From a virus (taxonomy: Duplodnaviria > Caudoviricetes), in the IMG/VR virus record IMGVR_UViG_3300044974_001269, positions 1-57,725 of that record: a DNA stretch of 57,725 nt, one strand, 5' to 3'. Below, in pieces: positions 9,407-18,816 of the stretch; within the stretch, counting starts at the first letter, position 1; each line of letters starts with the position of its first letter. The position numbers were made by a program, and so were the translations under genes. The notes beneath the pieces are model-generated. The model was not told the DNA's origin. It did no database searches and saw only the letters and a program-made list of their open reading frames with translations.

Positions 9407-10027
9407 ATGGTAAATTTACGAGACTTGATAAAAGAGGCATTGGAAGAACACTTAGATAAATCTCTTATTTTAAAAGAGAATACTGAAATTTCAGAGTCCT
9501 TACAATATCACATTGATAATGATTTAACTCTAACAAATAATATTTTCAGAGTATATTCAAAAAGTTATTTTGACTTGGTAAATGAAGTGAGAAATTTGTG
9601 GAAAGAAGGTAAGATTGAGTTGAATGAGGAGGATACTCTAATGGTTGAATCAGATTTAGGACAAAGAGTTAAAATCCGTGGTGAAATCGTTTATTTGGAT
9701 GCTCCTTACATTGTGGAAGAGGAAGAAGATATTATTGAGGAAGCGGAACACAGAGGTAAAAAAGTAAATTTGAACAAACCCTTCAGAACACCAGGTGGTC
9801 CCAAAAAGTTTGCGGTCTATGTGAAAAGTCCCGGTGGTGGAGTAAAAAAGGTAACATTCGGTGACCCAAATCTTAGAGTCAGAAATAGAAATAAAGTGGC
9901 TGCAAAATCTTTCAGAGCTAGACACAAATGTGACCAAAAAAAAGATAGAACCACAGCGGGTTATTGGTCATGTAATGTAGGAAGATATGCTAAACAACTT
10001 GGTTTGTCCTCAAAAAATTCTTGGTAA
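9407..10027 (+). CDS. conserved phage protein with basic C-terminal domain (DUF6321-like)
   Basis: KKFAVYVK..VKKVTFGD...SFRARHKC...AGYWSC motif. Confidence 0.75.
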   Translation: MVNLRDLIKEALEEHLDKSLILKENTEISESLQYHIDNDLTLTNNIFRVYSKSYFDLVNEVRNLWKEGKIELNEEDTLMVESDLGQRVKIRGEIVYLDAPYIVEEEEDIIEEAEHRGKKVNLNKPFRTPGGPKKFAVYVKSPGGGVKKVTFGDPNLRVRNRNKVAAKSFRARHKCDQKKDRTTAGYWSCNVGRYAKQLGLSSKNSW

Positions 10028-10371
10028 TGGATTTGGAAGTTTTGAAAACATATTTACAGAATTACTTCAACTCTGTTTTGAATACAAGATATAGTAAAAT
10101 TACTGAGGAAAAAGGTATGGGTCCGATAGAGTTTACCCTTTATGACATTATAAAAGGGAGTTACCAACCTCCAATATTTCATATTTTTTTAGATTCAGAA
10201 CCCATGATGAAAAAATCTCACACTAACAGGCCTTGGGCCATTATGTTTATGAGTAATGTGGAAGATGATATTAAAAATTTTATGAAAGCACTTTCTATAA
10301 ATTTCCCAATAAAGATACATTGGAATAAAAGACCAATTTTCAAAAATGCAACCCTATCAGCAGACTATTAA
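10027..10371 (+). CDS. hypothetical protein
   Basis: TAATG coupling with the upstream gene. Confidence 0.7.
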   Translation: MDLEVLKTYLQNYFNSVLNTRYSKITEEKGMGPIEFTLYDIIKGSYQPPIFHIFLDSEPMMKKSHTNRPWAIMFMSNVEDDIKNFMKALSINFPIKIHWNKRPIFKNATLSADY

Positions 10372-10609
10372 TGACGGCAAAATTTTACGTACATTTAGTC
10401 CCAATATCGATTCCGAAGAACTGAAATGGCACCAAGATTTGAAGGATAGAAAAGTAACTGTTTTGGAATCCGGTGGATGGTCTTTCCAAATGGATGACAG
10501 TTTGCCAAGCAAATTACAAATTGCCGAACAAATTTTTATTCCAAAATTTGTTTGGCACAGAGTAATAAAAGGTCACTCTGATTTAATTGTTGAAATCGAG
10601 GAATTTTGA
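10346..10609 (+). CDS. small cupin-like phage protein
   Basis: ELKWHQD...IFIPKFVWHRVIKG. Confidence 0.75.
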   Translation: MQPYQQTINDGKILRTFSPNIDSEELKWHQDLKDRKVTVLESGGWSFQMDDSLPSKLQIAEQIFIPKFVWHRVIKGHSDLIVEIEEF

Positions 10610-11557
10610 TTAGTTGACAGTAGGAGGAGAAATTTCTGAGGTTACTGTTGTTGTCCAAGTCATTTCAGGGATTTCTGATGTTATCCCCTCAGCCACATAG
10701 ACTCTCTGCTCTGGTACATCGACACGACATTTTAATTCCATTCCCCCTAAACACTCTTGATGAACCTTTTCCTGTAGTTCATCACTACACAAATTTTTAT
10801 TTGTATCTTTTGATTTGAATATTTTTCTAACAATTGGAAACAGGTACTCGTCTGCTTCAACATCTAAATAATCGACTCTACTATCTTCAGCATTCCAAAA
10901 ACTCATATCATTTTCACTGAGTGATTTGAAACCTGCAAACTTGTAACCCGTGTATTTGTTTATAAAATAAACTAAAATTCCTTGACGCCAGTATCTTTCG
11001 AAATATTGTTTGTCAGTTTGATAAGTGGTGCACCATCTTGTTGACGCTCCGTATCTCGCAGATGATGCAAATGTGAGAGGTCTAACAATGACCCATTTCT
11101 CATCTTCATATTCTTTTATCACTTGACCTTCTAATTCACGATTCAATTCTTTGATACTTGCTAAGGAGACCGCATTTCTGATGTCCTCAATTGTACTGTA
11201 AGAAGTTACATCATTGTTGTCAATTCTTTTATTTTCCATCAAAGAGACAAAATCTCTCAAAGTTTCGAAATGACTATTTGGATAGAAATCCATCAAGTAC
11301 CTCACGAAATAATTTTGATTTTCACTGAAACCTTTGGTGTTAATACCTAAATTAGTAAGCAAGGTTCTATATTCCATAATCACTTTGGGTACTTGGTCTT
11401 TTGGATATTGCTCATTAATTCTCCATCTTTTACTAAAAATTTTACAGAGTAATGGGAAATATTTGTATGAACTTGTAGGGTCAATAGCTTTGAATACATC
11501 AAACATCGTAACATTGAGTTCCGGATATTGTTTTTTTAATTCATCTAATCGAGACAT
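10610..11557 (-). CDS. phage protein with P.T..AS..YG..T.WCTT (PcfJ-like) domain
   Basis: start MSRLDELKK at 11557; WVIVRPLTFASSARYGASTRWCTT; paralog of 42369-43838. Confidence 0.75.
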   Translation of the reverse strand: MSRLDELKKQYPELNVTMFDVFKAIDPTSSYKYFPLLCKIFSKRWRINEQYPKDQVPKVIMEYRTLLTNLGINTKGFSENQNYFVRYLMDFYPNSHFETLRDFVSLMENKRIDNNDVTSYSTIEDIRNAVSLASIKELNRELEGQVIKEYEDEKWVIVRPLTFASSARYGASTRWCTTYQTDKQYFERYWRQGILVYFINKYTGYKFAGFKSLSENDMSFWNAEDSRVDYLDVEADEYLFPIVRKIFKSKDTNKNLCSDELQEKVHQECLGGMELKCRVDVPEQRVYVAEGITSEIPEMTWTTTVTSEISPPTVN

Positions 11558-11604
11558 AAATGAGTTTTTTTGAAAAATAGTTGAAATAAAATTCATCGTC
11601 AAAT

Positions 11605-11633
11605 AAAAAAAAGGTGAGTTATTCACCTTTTTT
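11605..11633. terminator. terminator downstream of tRNA-Ser
   Basis: AAAAAAGGTGA-GTTAT-TCACCTTTTTT. Confidence 0.75.
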
Positions 11634-11636
11634 CTG

Positions 11637-11724
11637 CGGAAGAGGTAGGATTCGAACCCACGATACGGTCACCCGTATGACTGATTTCAAGTCAGTTGCC
11701 GTACAACCACTTGGCTACTCTTCC
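11637..11724 (-). tRNA. tRNA-Ser(TGA)
   Basis: GGAAGAG/CTCTTCC acceptor, ACTGA-CTTGAAA-TCAGT anticodon arm, long variable arm, GGTTCGAATCC. Confidence 0.95.
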
Positions 11725-11725
11725 A

Positions 11726-11757
11726 TTTGTTTGATTTATATAAAAATACTATATTTG
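11726..11757 (+). promoter_or_regulatory. Bacteroidetes-type sigma-A promoter
   Basis: TTTG-N20-TATATTTG just before ATG 11762. Confidence 0.6.
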
Positions 11758-11761
11758 TGGA

Positions 11762-12196
11762 ATGAAAACAACATTAATTTCAATTTTTTTGGTTTTGTCC
11801 ATGAACTGTTTTTCACAAACAACGGACTTACTTTATATTCCCAAACAGAAGTCTCTTTTGTTAACTTACAAGAATTGGAGTCCACTAGGATTTTATGTGG
11901 GAGGATATTTTGTTACCAACTTTCCTCAACCTTACATTTATACCACTCCAATATCCATCATCAATCGAGCAGGTATAAACTTAAATTATGATAATAAAAT
12001 TTCTGTTATGGGTGGTTTTTTCATTCAATCATATTCAGACAGTCTTACGCTAAAACCGGATTTGTGGATTAAAATTAACCCTTTGAGAACAATTCTTAAA
12101 ACTGACCGTGGTTTTGATTTTTCTATTGGAATAAATTACATGGAAGAGTTTCGATATGCGATAGGTTTATCAATCCCAATCCGTGGTATTTATTGA
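11762..12196 (+). CDS. secreted small beta-barrel-like protein
   Basis: signal peptide; alternating beta strands. Confidence 0.7.
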   Translation: MKTTLISIFLVLSMNCFSQTTDLLYIPKQKSLLLTYKNWSPLGFYVGGYFVTNFPQPYIYTTPISIINRAGINLNYDNKISVMGGFFIQSYSDSLTLKPDLWIKINPLRTILKTDRGFDFSIGINYMEEFRYAIGLSIPIRGIY

Positions 12197-12198
12197 TT

Positions 12199-12948
12199 AT
12201 GGAAGAAGAGGTTCTCAAATACCTTCAAAAAAAATTCAAGGGAAAAACTATTGAATATGAAGGATATGAATACGAATTTTTGGATGTTTATATCGAAGAC
12301 TATCATTTCACCTTTGTAGTAAACACCATTTTACCTGTGAAAGGTGGTGCATACCTTTTGGAAAAAATTTATGAAAACATAGGGGATATTGTTGGAGACT
12401 TTTTTTATTCTATAGGAAAACAGTTTACTATCTCCGTAGATGTTTTAGTTGACGGTAAGGATGTAAAATCTAGTTATCTACCGTGGGAAGACGTGGTAAA
12501 AATATTTGAGTTAGCAAATCTTAATGCAAACACAGACACTTTTTCTATTTCTGATAAAGATTATAAACACAACTTTGAAATAAAAGCCAAGTTTTATCCG
12601 CCAATAAAAATCTCAAGCGCAGTTCAATTTGATGATGGAGTTGGACTTATCGTTTACATAGAAATTATTGAAATAAAAATGGATGGAGATGAAGTAATGC
12701 CAAATTTAGATACCGAAAGAAATGTTGGTGTTTTCAGGGAGATTATCGAAGAATATAATGATTTTCATAACAAGATTGAAAATATAATGTATGATGTTTT
12801 GGAACCTCAATTACAATTTGGTAGTAATGAATCTTTCTATTATAATGCTTACGTCAGATTCAAGAAATATAAGGAAATTCCGTTAGAAACTAAAAGCGGT
12901 TACGTCGGTGATAAAGAAATTTTTGTTCAATTATTTAATTCTCTTTGA
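12199..12948 (+). CDS. hypothetical acidic protein
   Basis: long ORF; ATG at 12199 after a TATTTAT motif. Confidence 0.75.
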   Translation: MEEEVLKYLQKKFKGKTIEYEGYEYEFLDVYIEDYHFTFVVNTILPVKGGAYLLEKIYENIGDIVGDFFYSIGKQFTISVDVLVDGKDVKSSYLPWEDVVKIFELANLNANTDTFSISDKDYKHNFEIKAKFYPPIKISSAVQFDDGVGLIVYIEIIEIKMDGDEVMPNLDTERNVGVFREIIEEYNDFHNKIENIMYDVLEPQLQFGSNESFYYNAYVRFKKYKEIPLETKSGYVGDKEIFVQLFNSL

Positions 12949-13557
12949 TATTTTTCGCAGTACTTCATTCAAAATTTCGGCACTTACTAAAACCAATCCT
13001 GAAGCTACAATTCTTTCAGTTATGTTTTCGGCTGTCTTTTCAAAATCACCCGAGCTCCGAACCAAATTTTGAATATCAAGAATTATTGGAATTAAAAAAG
13101 AATAACTTATTAGTTCTGAAATACTTGTAATAGATAGTTGTAGAGAATTTAAAAAACCTAAGAAAGCTTCTCTTAATTTTAGACCTTTCGTATAAACTTT
13201 CAGAAAAATTTGTTCTAATCCTTCTTCTTTTATTTTGGAATATATCTTTTCAAATAAAGATTTATTGTCGAAATATATGATTGATACAACACCTAATAAT
13301 ATGAGAGCTGCCTGATTTTCATCAACTTTGAACTCATTAGTTCTTATATATTCATCCAAAGGTAACACCAAACCACCCACAGAGGTTCCCCAAGTTGAAA
13401 GTAACTTTAAATTTAATGCAAATTTTCTTTTTACCTTATTAATCAAACTATTGGTGAACGCGTTTAGAATTCTCATGTTTTCCGCAAAAAAACTTTTGTA
13501 TCCCTCGTTCATCAAAATTTTTAGTTGCCCTTCGGTGATTAAAAAATTCATATTCAA
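12931..13557 (-). CDS. hypothetical protein, possibly virion-associated
   Basis: N-term LITEGQLKILMNE motif; hydrophobic segments. Confidence 0.75.
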   Translation of the reverse strand: MNMNFLITEGQLKILMNEGYKSFFAENMRILNAFTNSLINKVKRKFALNLKLLSTWGTSVGGLVLPLDEYIRTNEFKVDENQAALILLGVVSIIYFDNKSLFEKIYSKIKEEGLEQIFLKVYTKGLKLREAFLGFLNSLQLSITSISELISYSFLIPIILDIQNLVRSSGDFEKTAENITERIVASGLVLVSAEILNEVLRKISKRIK

Positions 13558-13582
13558 TAAATACCTCGTATATTTATTTAGT

Positions 13583-14185
13583 ATGAGTAAAGGTCTTAAT
13601 CCTGAATTGAATGTTGGTGATAAGGTTGTTTGTTACCACATGGAGGGTGAAATGAGTGTGCCGCCTGGTACAAAGGGTGTTGTTACAAATAAAAGTATTG
13701 ACCCATTTGTGAAGGATGGGTTTTTGTATAAAGTTGAATGGGAAAATGGTTCAAAATTACCTTTACTAACAGATACAGACACTTGGAAAAAACTCGAACA
13801 AGAAATCCGAGAGGAAAAATCTTTTGACCCGATGATGGAATTATTCAAAAAAAACAAATCATTATTCAAACATTTCGATTTGGACTTTTTCAGAGAGTTT
13901 TTATTAAAATTAAGAGAATCAGGGATTACAAATATGTACGGCTCATCACCTCTTATCTATGCGGGAAAAGACCACATTGAAAGATATTATGGTGAAGGAA
14001 AAGAGGACGATGAAAATTTTCAGGAGTTGTTGGATATTGCCGACCAATCAAGGGACAAACTTGTTTCAGGATTAGTTAGTTTTGCAAAGGAACAAAACAT
14101 TGATTTGGAAGACGAAAACAAACTAAACCAATTAGCAAGACAATTTGCAAAAGATATACTTGTTATGTATATCAACACCTTTTAA
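13583..14185 (+). CDS. DUF4314-like domain protein
   Basis: start MSKGLNPEL at 13583; VPPGTKGVV..VEWENGSKL; C-term LRESGITNMYG. Confidence 0.75.
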   Translation: MSKGLNPELNVGDKVVCYHMEGEMSVPPGTKGVVTNKSIDPFVKDGFLYKVEWENGSKLPLLTDTDTWKKLEQEIREEKSFDPMMELFKKNKSLFKHFDLDFFREFLLKLRESGITNMYGSSPLIYAGKDHIERYYGEGKEDDENFQELLDIADQSRDKLVSGLVSFAKEQNIDLEDENKLNQLARQFAKDILVMYINTF

Positions 14186-15339
14186 TTACTCAGTGGTGCT
14201 TTTATTGGTGGGTGTGATTTATAATTGATAAGTTCAATTTGTGAGACATTGATTTTATCCCATAAGATTTTATATCCCTCTTGATATTGATATTCAAAAT
14301 TCAATGAGATTTTGGGTAAAGAGTAAGGTTCTCTTGTTGTTTTTGGTGTTGGTGTCCAATATGGGTTATCGAAATCAACTTTTTCTGATTCATTATATTC
14401 AAAACCTGTTTCGTAGTTGTTTGCAAACCAAATGTGATATCTTTCTTCATAACCTAATTCACGACCAATTTGTTGTTTTGCCTGTTCAATATGGTTCAAA
14501 TATAGATGAACGTCGCCTAAGTTTCCTATTAGTTGGTCAGGGACCATGTTAACTTCCTTAGCGATTAGTGAAAGTAAAAGTCCGTAAGATGCGATATTGA
14601 AAGGTAAACCTAAGAATGTATCCACTGAACGTTGATTCCACATTAAAGAAATTGCTCTTGATGGTGCGTAATCCAAAGGGTCGATATTTTTGATATATCC
14701 CCTTTTTTCATATTCAGCAACCCTCTCTTCAACCGATAGCTCTCTTGTATAAACTTGAAATCCGTAGTGACATGGAGGTAAAACCATTTCATCAAGTTCG
14801 GCGACATTCCACGCAGAAACCATTAGTCTTCTTGAATCAGGATTAGTTTTCAATTGATAGATTAATGTCTGAATTTGGTCATACCAAATCGAACCTCGCC
14901 TATCGTTATCGTGTAAATCCATCCAACCCTGCCATTTTCTCCACTGTTTACCATATATAGGTCCCAATTCACCCCACTTTTTTGCAAATTCATCATTTGT
15001 TTTTATCTCATTGATGAACCATTCTTTTGTTGGAATGTCTTCGTGTCCAACAAAATGATTAGAATAATTTTTATAAGCGTCCCCGTCCCAAATATGACAA
15101 TCATTATCAACAAGATATTTGATATTGGTATCACCACGTAAAAACCATAACAATTCGGTAACCAAAGTTTTCCAAGCCATTTTTTTTGTTGTCAGAAGAG
15201 GAAAACCTTCTTTCATATTGTGTCTAATCGTGTAACCGAAGATAGACTTTGTACCAGTACCGGTTCTGTCCGTCTTTTCTACTCCGTAGTCAATAATATC
15301 TTGTAGAAGTCGTCGATATTGTTTGTCTATATTATTCAC
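14182..15339 (-). CDS. thyA: thymidylate synthase ThyA with insertions
   Basis: DRTGTGT, FPLLTTKK, LGPIYGKQWR, LPPCH, RSVDTFLGLPFN, GDVHLY. Confidence 0.97.
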   Translation of the reverse strand: MNNIDKQYRRLLQDIIDYGVEKTDRTGTGTKSIFGYTIRHNMKEGFPLLTTKKMAWKTLVTELLWFLRGDTNIKYLVDNDCHIWDGDAYKNYSNHFVGHEDIPTKEWFINEIKTNDEFAKKWGELGPIYGKQWRKWQGWMDLHDNDRRGSIWYDQIQTLIYQLKTNPDSRRLMVSAWNVAELDEMVLPPCHYGFQVYTRELSVEERVAEYEKRGYIKNIDPLDYAPSRAISLMWNQRSVDTFLGLPFNIASYGLLLSLIAKEVNMVPDQLIGNLGDVHLYLNHIEQAKQQIGRELGYEERYHIWFANNYETGFEYNESEKVDFDNPYWTPTPKTTREPYSLPKISLNFEYQYQEGYKILWDKINVSQIELINYKSHPPIKAPLSN

Positions 15340-15535
15340 TTTGATAATTTAATCCAGCATGAAGTTTAACGTTATCCATCGAAAGTCTATAAGCCTCCAC
15401 TCTATCCATTTTGGGGTTGAGTTCCAAAATACGTCTTGCATTTTCTAAAACTTCTTCTCTTACTCTTAATTTTTCTGCTTCATGAAGAAGCTCGTCCACA
15501 ATTTCTTCGTTAGTCATTTTTTTTGATTTTTCCAT
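15332..15535 (-). CDS. hypothetical protein
   Basis: packed ORF in thyA operon. Confidence 0.7.
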   Translation of the reverse strand: MEKSKKMTNEEIVDELLHEAEKLRVREEVLENARRILELNPKMDRVEAYRLSMDNVKLHAGLNYQSE

Positions 15536-15726
15536 TCTTGAATCATATAGTTTATGTTGTCAGAAAGGTAATCCATTTTGGATAACCATTCGAGAAGCTC
15601 GTCTTGACCATCATATTTTCCCTTTTCATAACATTTCTGCATGGCATCAACTAAACCCTCCTGATTTAATAAGACACTATGAACATTATGTTCACGAATT
15701 AGGTCGATATAATTTTCTTTTGTCAT
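15514..15726 (-). CDS. hypothetical protein
   Basis: packed ORF. Confidence 0.7.
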   Translation of the reverse strand: MTKENYIDLIREHNVHSVLLNQEGLVDAMQKCYEKGKYDGQDELLEWLSKMDYLSDNINYMIQEWKNQKK

Positions 15727-15938
15727 TTTTCAATAAACATTACGGTGTTTGCAATTGGAAGTCTTGCAACAGGTAATCTACCAACTTCAGGTAGTTCCTG
15801 TAAAACTTCATAATAACCTCTATCATCTACTTTTACGGTCGGTACAGACCCGAAGTTGGAAATAATTTTTGAGTCACCAACAGGTCCATCAAGTACCTTA
15901 ACTGTTTTTTCGGTTGTGTTGAATACTAGTGTGTGCAT
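15723..15938 (-). CDS. hypothetical protein
   Basis: packed ORF with ATGA overlap. Confidence 0.75.
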   Translation of the reverse strand: MHTLVFNTTEKTVKVLDGPVGDSKIISNFGSVPTVKVDDRGYYEVLQELPEVGRLPVARLPIANTVMFIEK

Positions 15939-15979
15939 TTGTTTGTTTTTGTATTGTAAATTTAAGAAAAAAAGAGCAT

Positions 15980-16062
15980 AAAAAAAACAAGTGAACTCAT
16001 AAAAATTTTTGGCGAATAGTAAATTACCAAGATACTATCAAAAATTGAGAGGTTCACTTGTC
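15980..16062 (-). ncRNA. candidate trans-antisense hairpin sRNA
   Basis: GACAAGTGAAC...GTTCACTTGT terminal stem, internal stems, U8 tail; complementary to the leader at 8000-8025. Confidence 0.7.
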
Positions 16063-16066
16063 TAAT

Positions 16067-16097
16067 TAATTCTATCGTTTTAAAACGCCAAAGTCAA
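16067..16097 (-). promoter_or_regulatory. promoter of the hairpin sRNA
   Basis: TTGACT-N17-TAGAAT(TA); predicted start about 16062. Confidence 0.65.
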
Positions 16098-16138
16098 CTC
16101 AAATGTAAAAATTAAACTATTTATAAAGAAAAATTACT

Positions 16139-17641
16139 ATGCAGTATTGGAGTTTAGGACAAATGTCAAATGAGGAGAAAGAAAATATCTTATCCAAACA
16201 CAAAGAGGTTTATAATGGTTACCAAACAATGCAACCAAAAGTTAATAACACACAACCCCTTTATGTTCAAGACTTTGCAAAAGATAAGTTGGGTGCAACT
16301 ATCACAAATGATGGTACTGTAAAACCTTATACTGATTATAGAATCAATGAGTCACATGTTATGGATACTTGTGAACAATGTGGAGGAACGATGAATGAAG
16401 GTGAATGTTCTGAATGTGGTTGGGGTGGACAAATGAACGAAAAAGTTGATATAGAAAAGGTTATAAAAAAAGGGGTTAAGAAAGCTAAGGAATTTGTCTA
16501 TGGTAAACAAAAAGACTCTAAAAAACCTTACACGGCGGAAGCGGTTGATAAAATTATATCATCAATCAAAGGTTCAAAAAACGAAGAGCAACTCAAAAGT
16601 ACTTTGAAAATGTTCGAAAATATTTTGGACACTAATGATGACCTTTTAGACGTTTATAAAGATAGAATAATTAATGCTTTTAAGAGGAAAGCCCAAGAAC
16701 TCGATTTCTATTTGGATAAATCCATGTTAAAAAAACTGGACATCAAGGAATATAAAACAGGCAAATTATCTGACATTTATCATCAGGAAGATTTAAATCC
16801 ATCAGACGATTTCGATTATGTAGAAGGTGGTGGAAATGATTACGGTACTTTTGAAAAAATGCACCATATGAAAGATATAAAAAACGAGGAAACTGCAACA
16901 TCAAATGCTCCTTTGTCATATGGAAAACATTACAACGAAATTGAACCTCCTTATGATTTTAAATCCAATGGACCTGTCGGGGATGGTGGAACTCTAAGAC
17001 AAAAAGATGTGAATGAAGGCAGTTACACTGGCGGTGGAAATTCTCCAGATTTTGAGGCCGATATTGACCCAGCTTTTGATTTTGAAACGGATGGTCCAAT
17101 TGAGGATACTTACACAGAACCAGCAGATGATATGGATTTGGATGAAAAACAGTCTTGGAAAGCTTATGACTTCATGTCAGGTGGACCTGATAATGGAGGA
17201 GATGCGTATCCGATGAACGAAGAGGGTGAGTGTGAAGAATGTTGGGAAAAAATGGAATCAGCATGGACTGAAGAAGTAGATGAACAAGATGTTTCTGGTG
17301 TACAAGGAATATATGGGGCGGCAGAAAAACCATACGCGTTCGTTAGCACGGGTCCTGGTAAAGCAGGTCCATACCAAACTCATAGCTGGGGTGGAGAACA
17401 ATTAAGTGAAGAAGGTTATGAGTCAGAAGATGAAGATGTTTATTGGGAGGAAGATTTGGAACCTAACGAACTTAATTTAGACCTTACAAAGTTCAATCCT
17501 GAAGACAAGTCTTGGGAAGAAATAACCGCACATACAGGTGAAGATGAATTTGCACACTTGAATGAAGATGTGAAAGAAAAGCTAGAAAAACAGCAAGGTA
17601 AAATTCTTGAAATGTTCGAGAGGTTCAAAAGATTTCAGTAA
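16139..17641 (+). CDS. acidic repeat-containing protein, probable internal head protein
   Basis: CxxC..NEGEC motifs, four (Y/F)xFxSxGP-like repeats, many xNE sites. Confidence 0.8.
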   Translation: MQYWSLGQMSNEEKENILSKHKEVYNGYQTMQPKVNNTQPLYVQDFAKDKLGATITNDGTVKPYTDYRINESHVMDTCEQCGGTMNEGECSECGWGGQMNEKVDIEKVIKKGVKKAKEFVYGKQKDSKKPYTAEAVDKIISSIKGSKNEEQLKSTLKMFENILDTNDDLLDVYKDRIINAFKRKAQELDFYLDKSMLKKLDIKEYKTGKLSDIYHQEDLNPSDDFDYVEGGGNDYGTFEKMHHMKDIKNEETATSNAPLSYGKHYNEIEPPYDFKSNGPVGDGGTLRQKDVNEGSYTGGGNSPDFEADIDPAFDFETDGPIEDTYTEPADDMDLDEKQSWKAYDFMSGGPDNGGDAYPMNEEGECEECWEKMESAWTEEVDEQDVSGVQGIYGAAEKPYAFVSTGPGKAGPYQTHSWGGEQLSEEGYESEDEDVYWEEDLEPNELNLDLTKFNPEDKSWEEITAHTGEDEFAHLNEDVKEKLEKQQGKILEMFERFKRFQ

Positions 17642-18761
17642 AAACGTTCTCAAAAGAAAATTTTTTCAATTCTTCAAAAGAAAATGTCATTTTTGATTCG
17701 GATTCAATATCATCTTTGAAAACAATCAAATCTACAAGTCGATTATTCATTAAATTTGAGTTTTTCAATAATCTTTTGAGTTCATTCACTTTATATGTAA
17801 TCCAAAAGTCCTCCAAATTATTCCGTTGATAAAGTTGGTACTTTGGTAAAAAAATATTGTAGGTCTCCAAGTTATTTTCCAAAGACAATTCTGAAAATCT
17901 ATAATCTTCAGTAAAATTGAAATTTAAAACTCTTTGATATGGTTCGCACCACTCACTAAGTACTTTTTTTTGATATACGTTCAAAATAATTAAAATCTTT
18001 TTTTCAGTATTTTCATGAAAAAAGAATTCTTTGAGATTTGAGACGTCGAAAGATATATCTCCTTCATAATCTGTGAAATAACTTTTTTTCTTATTTTCGA
18101 AGAAATTGGGGTGGAAGTTATTTGAGATACAATTATCAAATTCATTTTCATCAACATCTAAGTTTTTTGTGTGGAAGTAATCTAAAATTTTGGATTTTTC
18201 TAAGAAAAAACTAAAATTGTTTCCATTATCAACAACATAAAAACTATCTCCAATTATATTTTTCTTGACCTGACGAATTTCTGTAACAAGATTATTGTTT
18301 TTAAGTAAATTTGAATATGAAACACAAATACTACCCATGTGTCTATTTTTACAATAAATTTTGGTGTTAAAAACAAAATCTGTCATTCTTAAAATAACAG
18401 GTTCAAACTTTAAGTGTTCAGAAACCTTTTCAAAAATTCGAAAATCTGGGACTTCTGATGCTTCGGAAAAACAAATTATATCTTCAAAATCCAATAATAA
18501 CTCAGAAAAAATATCAAATAAACTTTGGGAGTTTACTGATAGCCAAGTGTCGTTATTGTCCGTTTCAATAATCGTAATTTTATCTATCCATTCAGAGCAA
18601 ATTTTTTTTAATCTATTAATTTCTGAAAAACTATTTGGTGTTGTTATGATTATGTGATAAAGGTCTTTATAAACATTTTTTAGATGATGTTTGAGTATTT
18701 CCAAATCTTCAGTGAGATTGATTACCTCAACAATTTTATTTTTTTTTAGTTGACTAATCAT
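17625..18761 (-). CDS. divergent glycosyltransferase family 17-like protein
   Basis: FEDIICFSEASEVPD resembles the GT17 DDIIIISDxDEIP motif. Confidence 0.5.
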   Translation of the reverse strand: MISQLKKNKIVEVINLTEDLEILKHHLKNVYKDLYHIIITTPNSFSEINRLKKICSEWIDKITIIETDNNDTWLSVNSQSLFDIFSELLLDFEDIICFSEASEVPDFRIFEKVSEHLKFEPVILRMTDFVFNTKIYCKNRHMGSICVSYSNLLKNNNLVTEIRQVKKNIIGDSFYVVDNGNNFSFFLEKSKILDYFHTKNLDVDENEFDNCISNNFHPNFFENKKKSYFTDYEGDISFDVSNLKEFFFHENTEKKILIILNVYQKKVLSEWCEPYQRVLNFNFTEDYRFSELSLENNLETYNIFLPKYQLYQRNNLEDFWITYKVNELKRLLKNSNLMNNRLVDLIVFKDDIESESKMTFSFEELKKFSFENVFTEIF

Positions 18762-18816
18762 ATTTGTTGAAATCAGTTTCTTTTTTCTTATAATTAAGAT
18801 ATAAAAATTTTTTCAA

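Noticed and set aside
11614-11991. 125-aa ORF on plus strand
   Set aside because: Antisense to tRNA-Ser and out of frame with the real 11762 gene.
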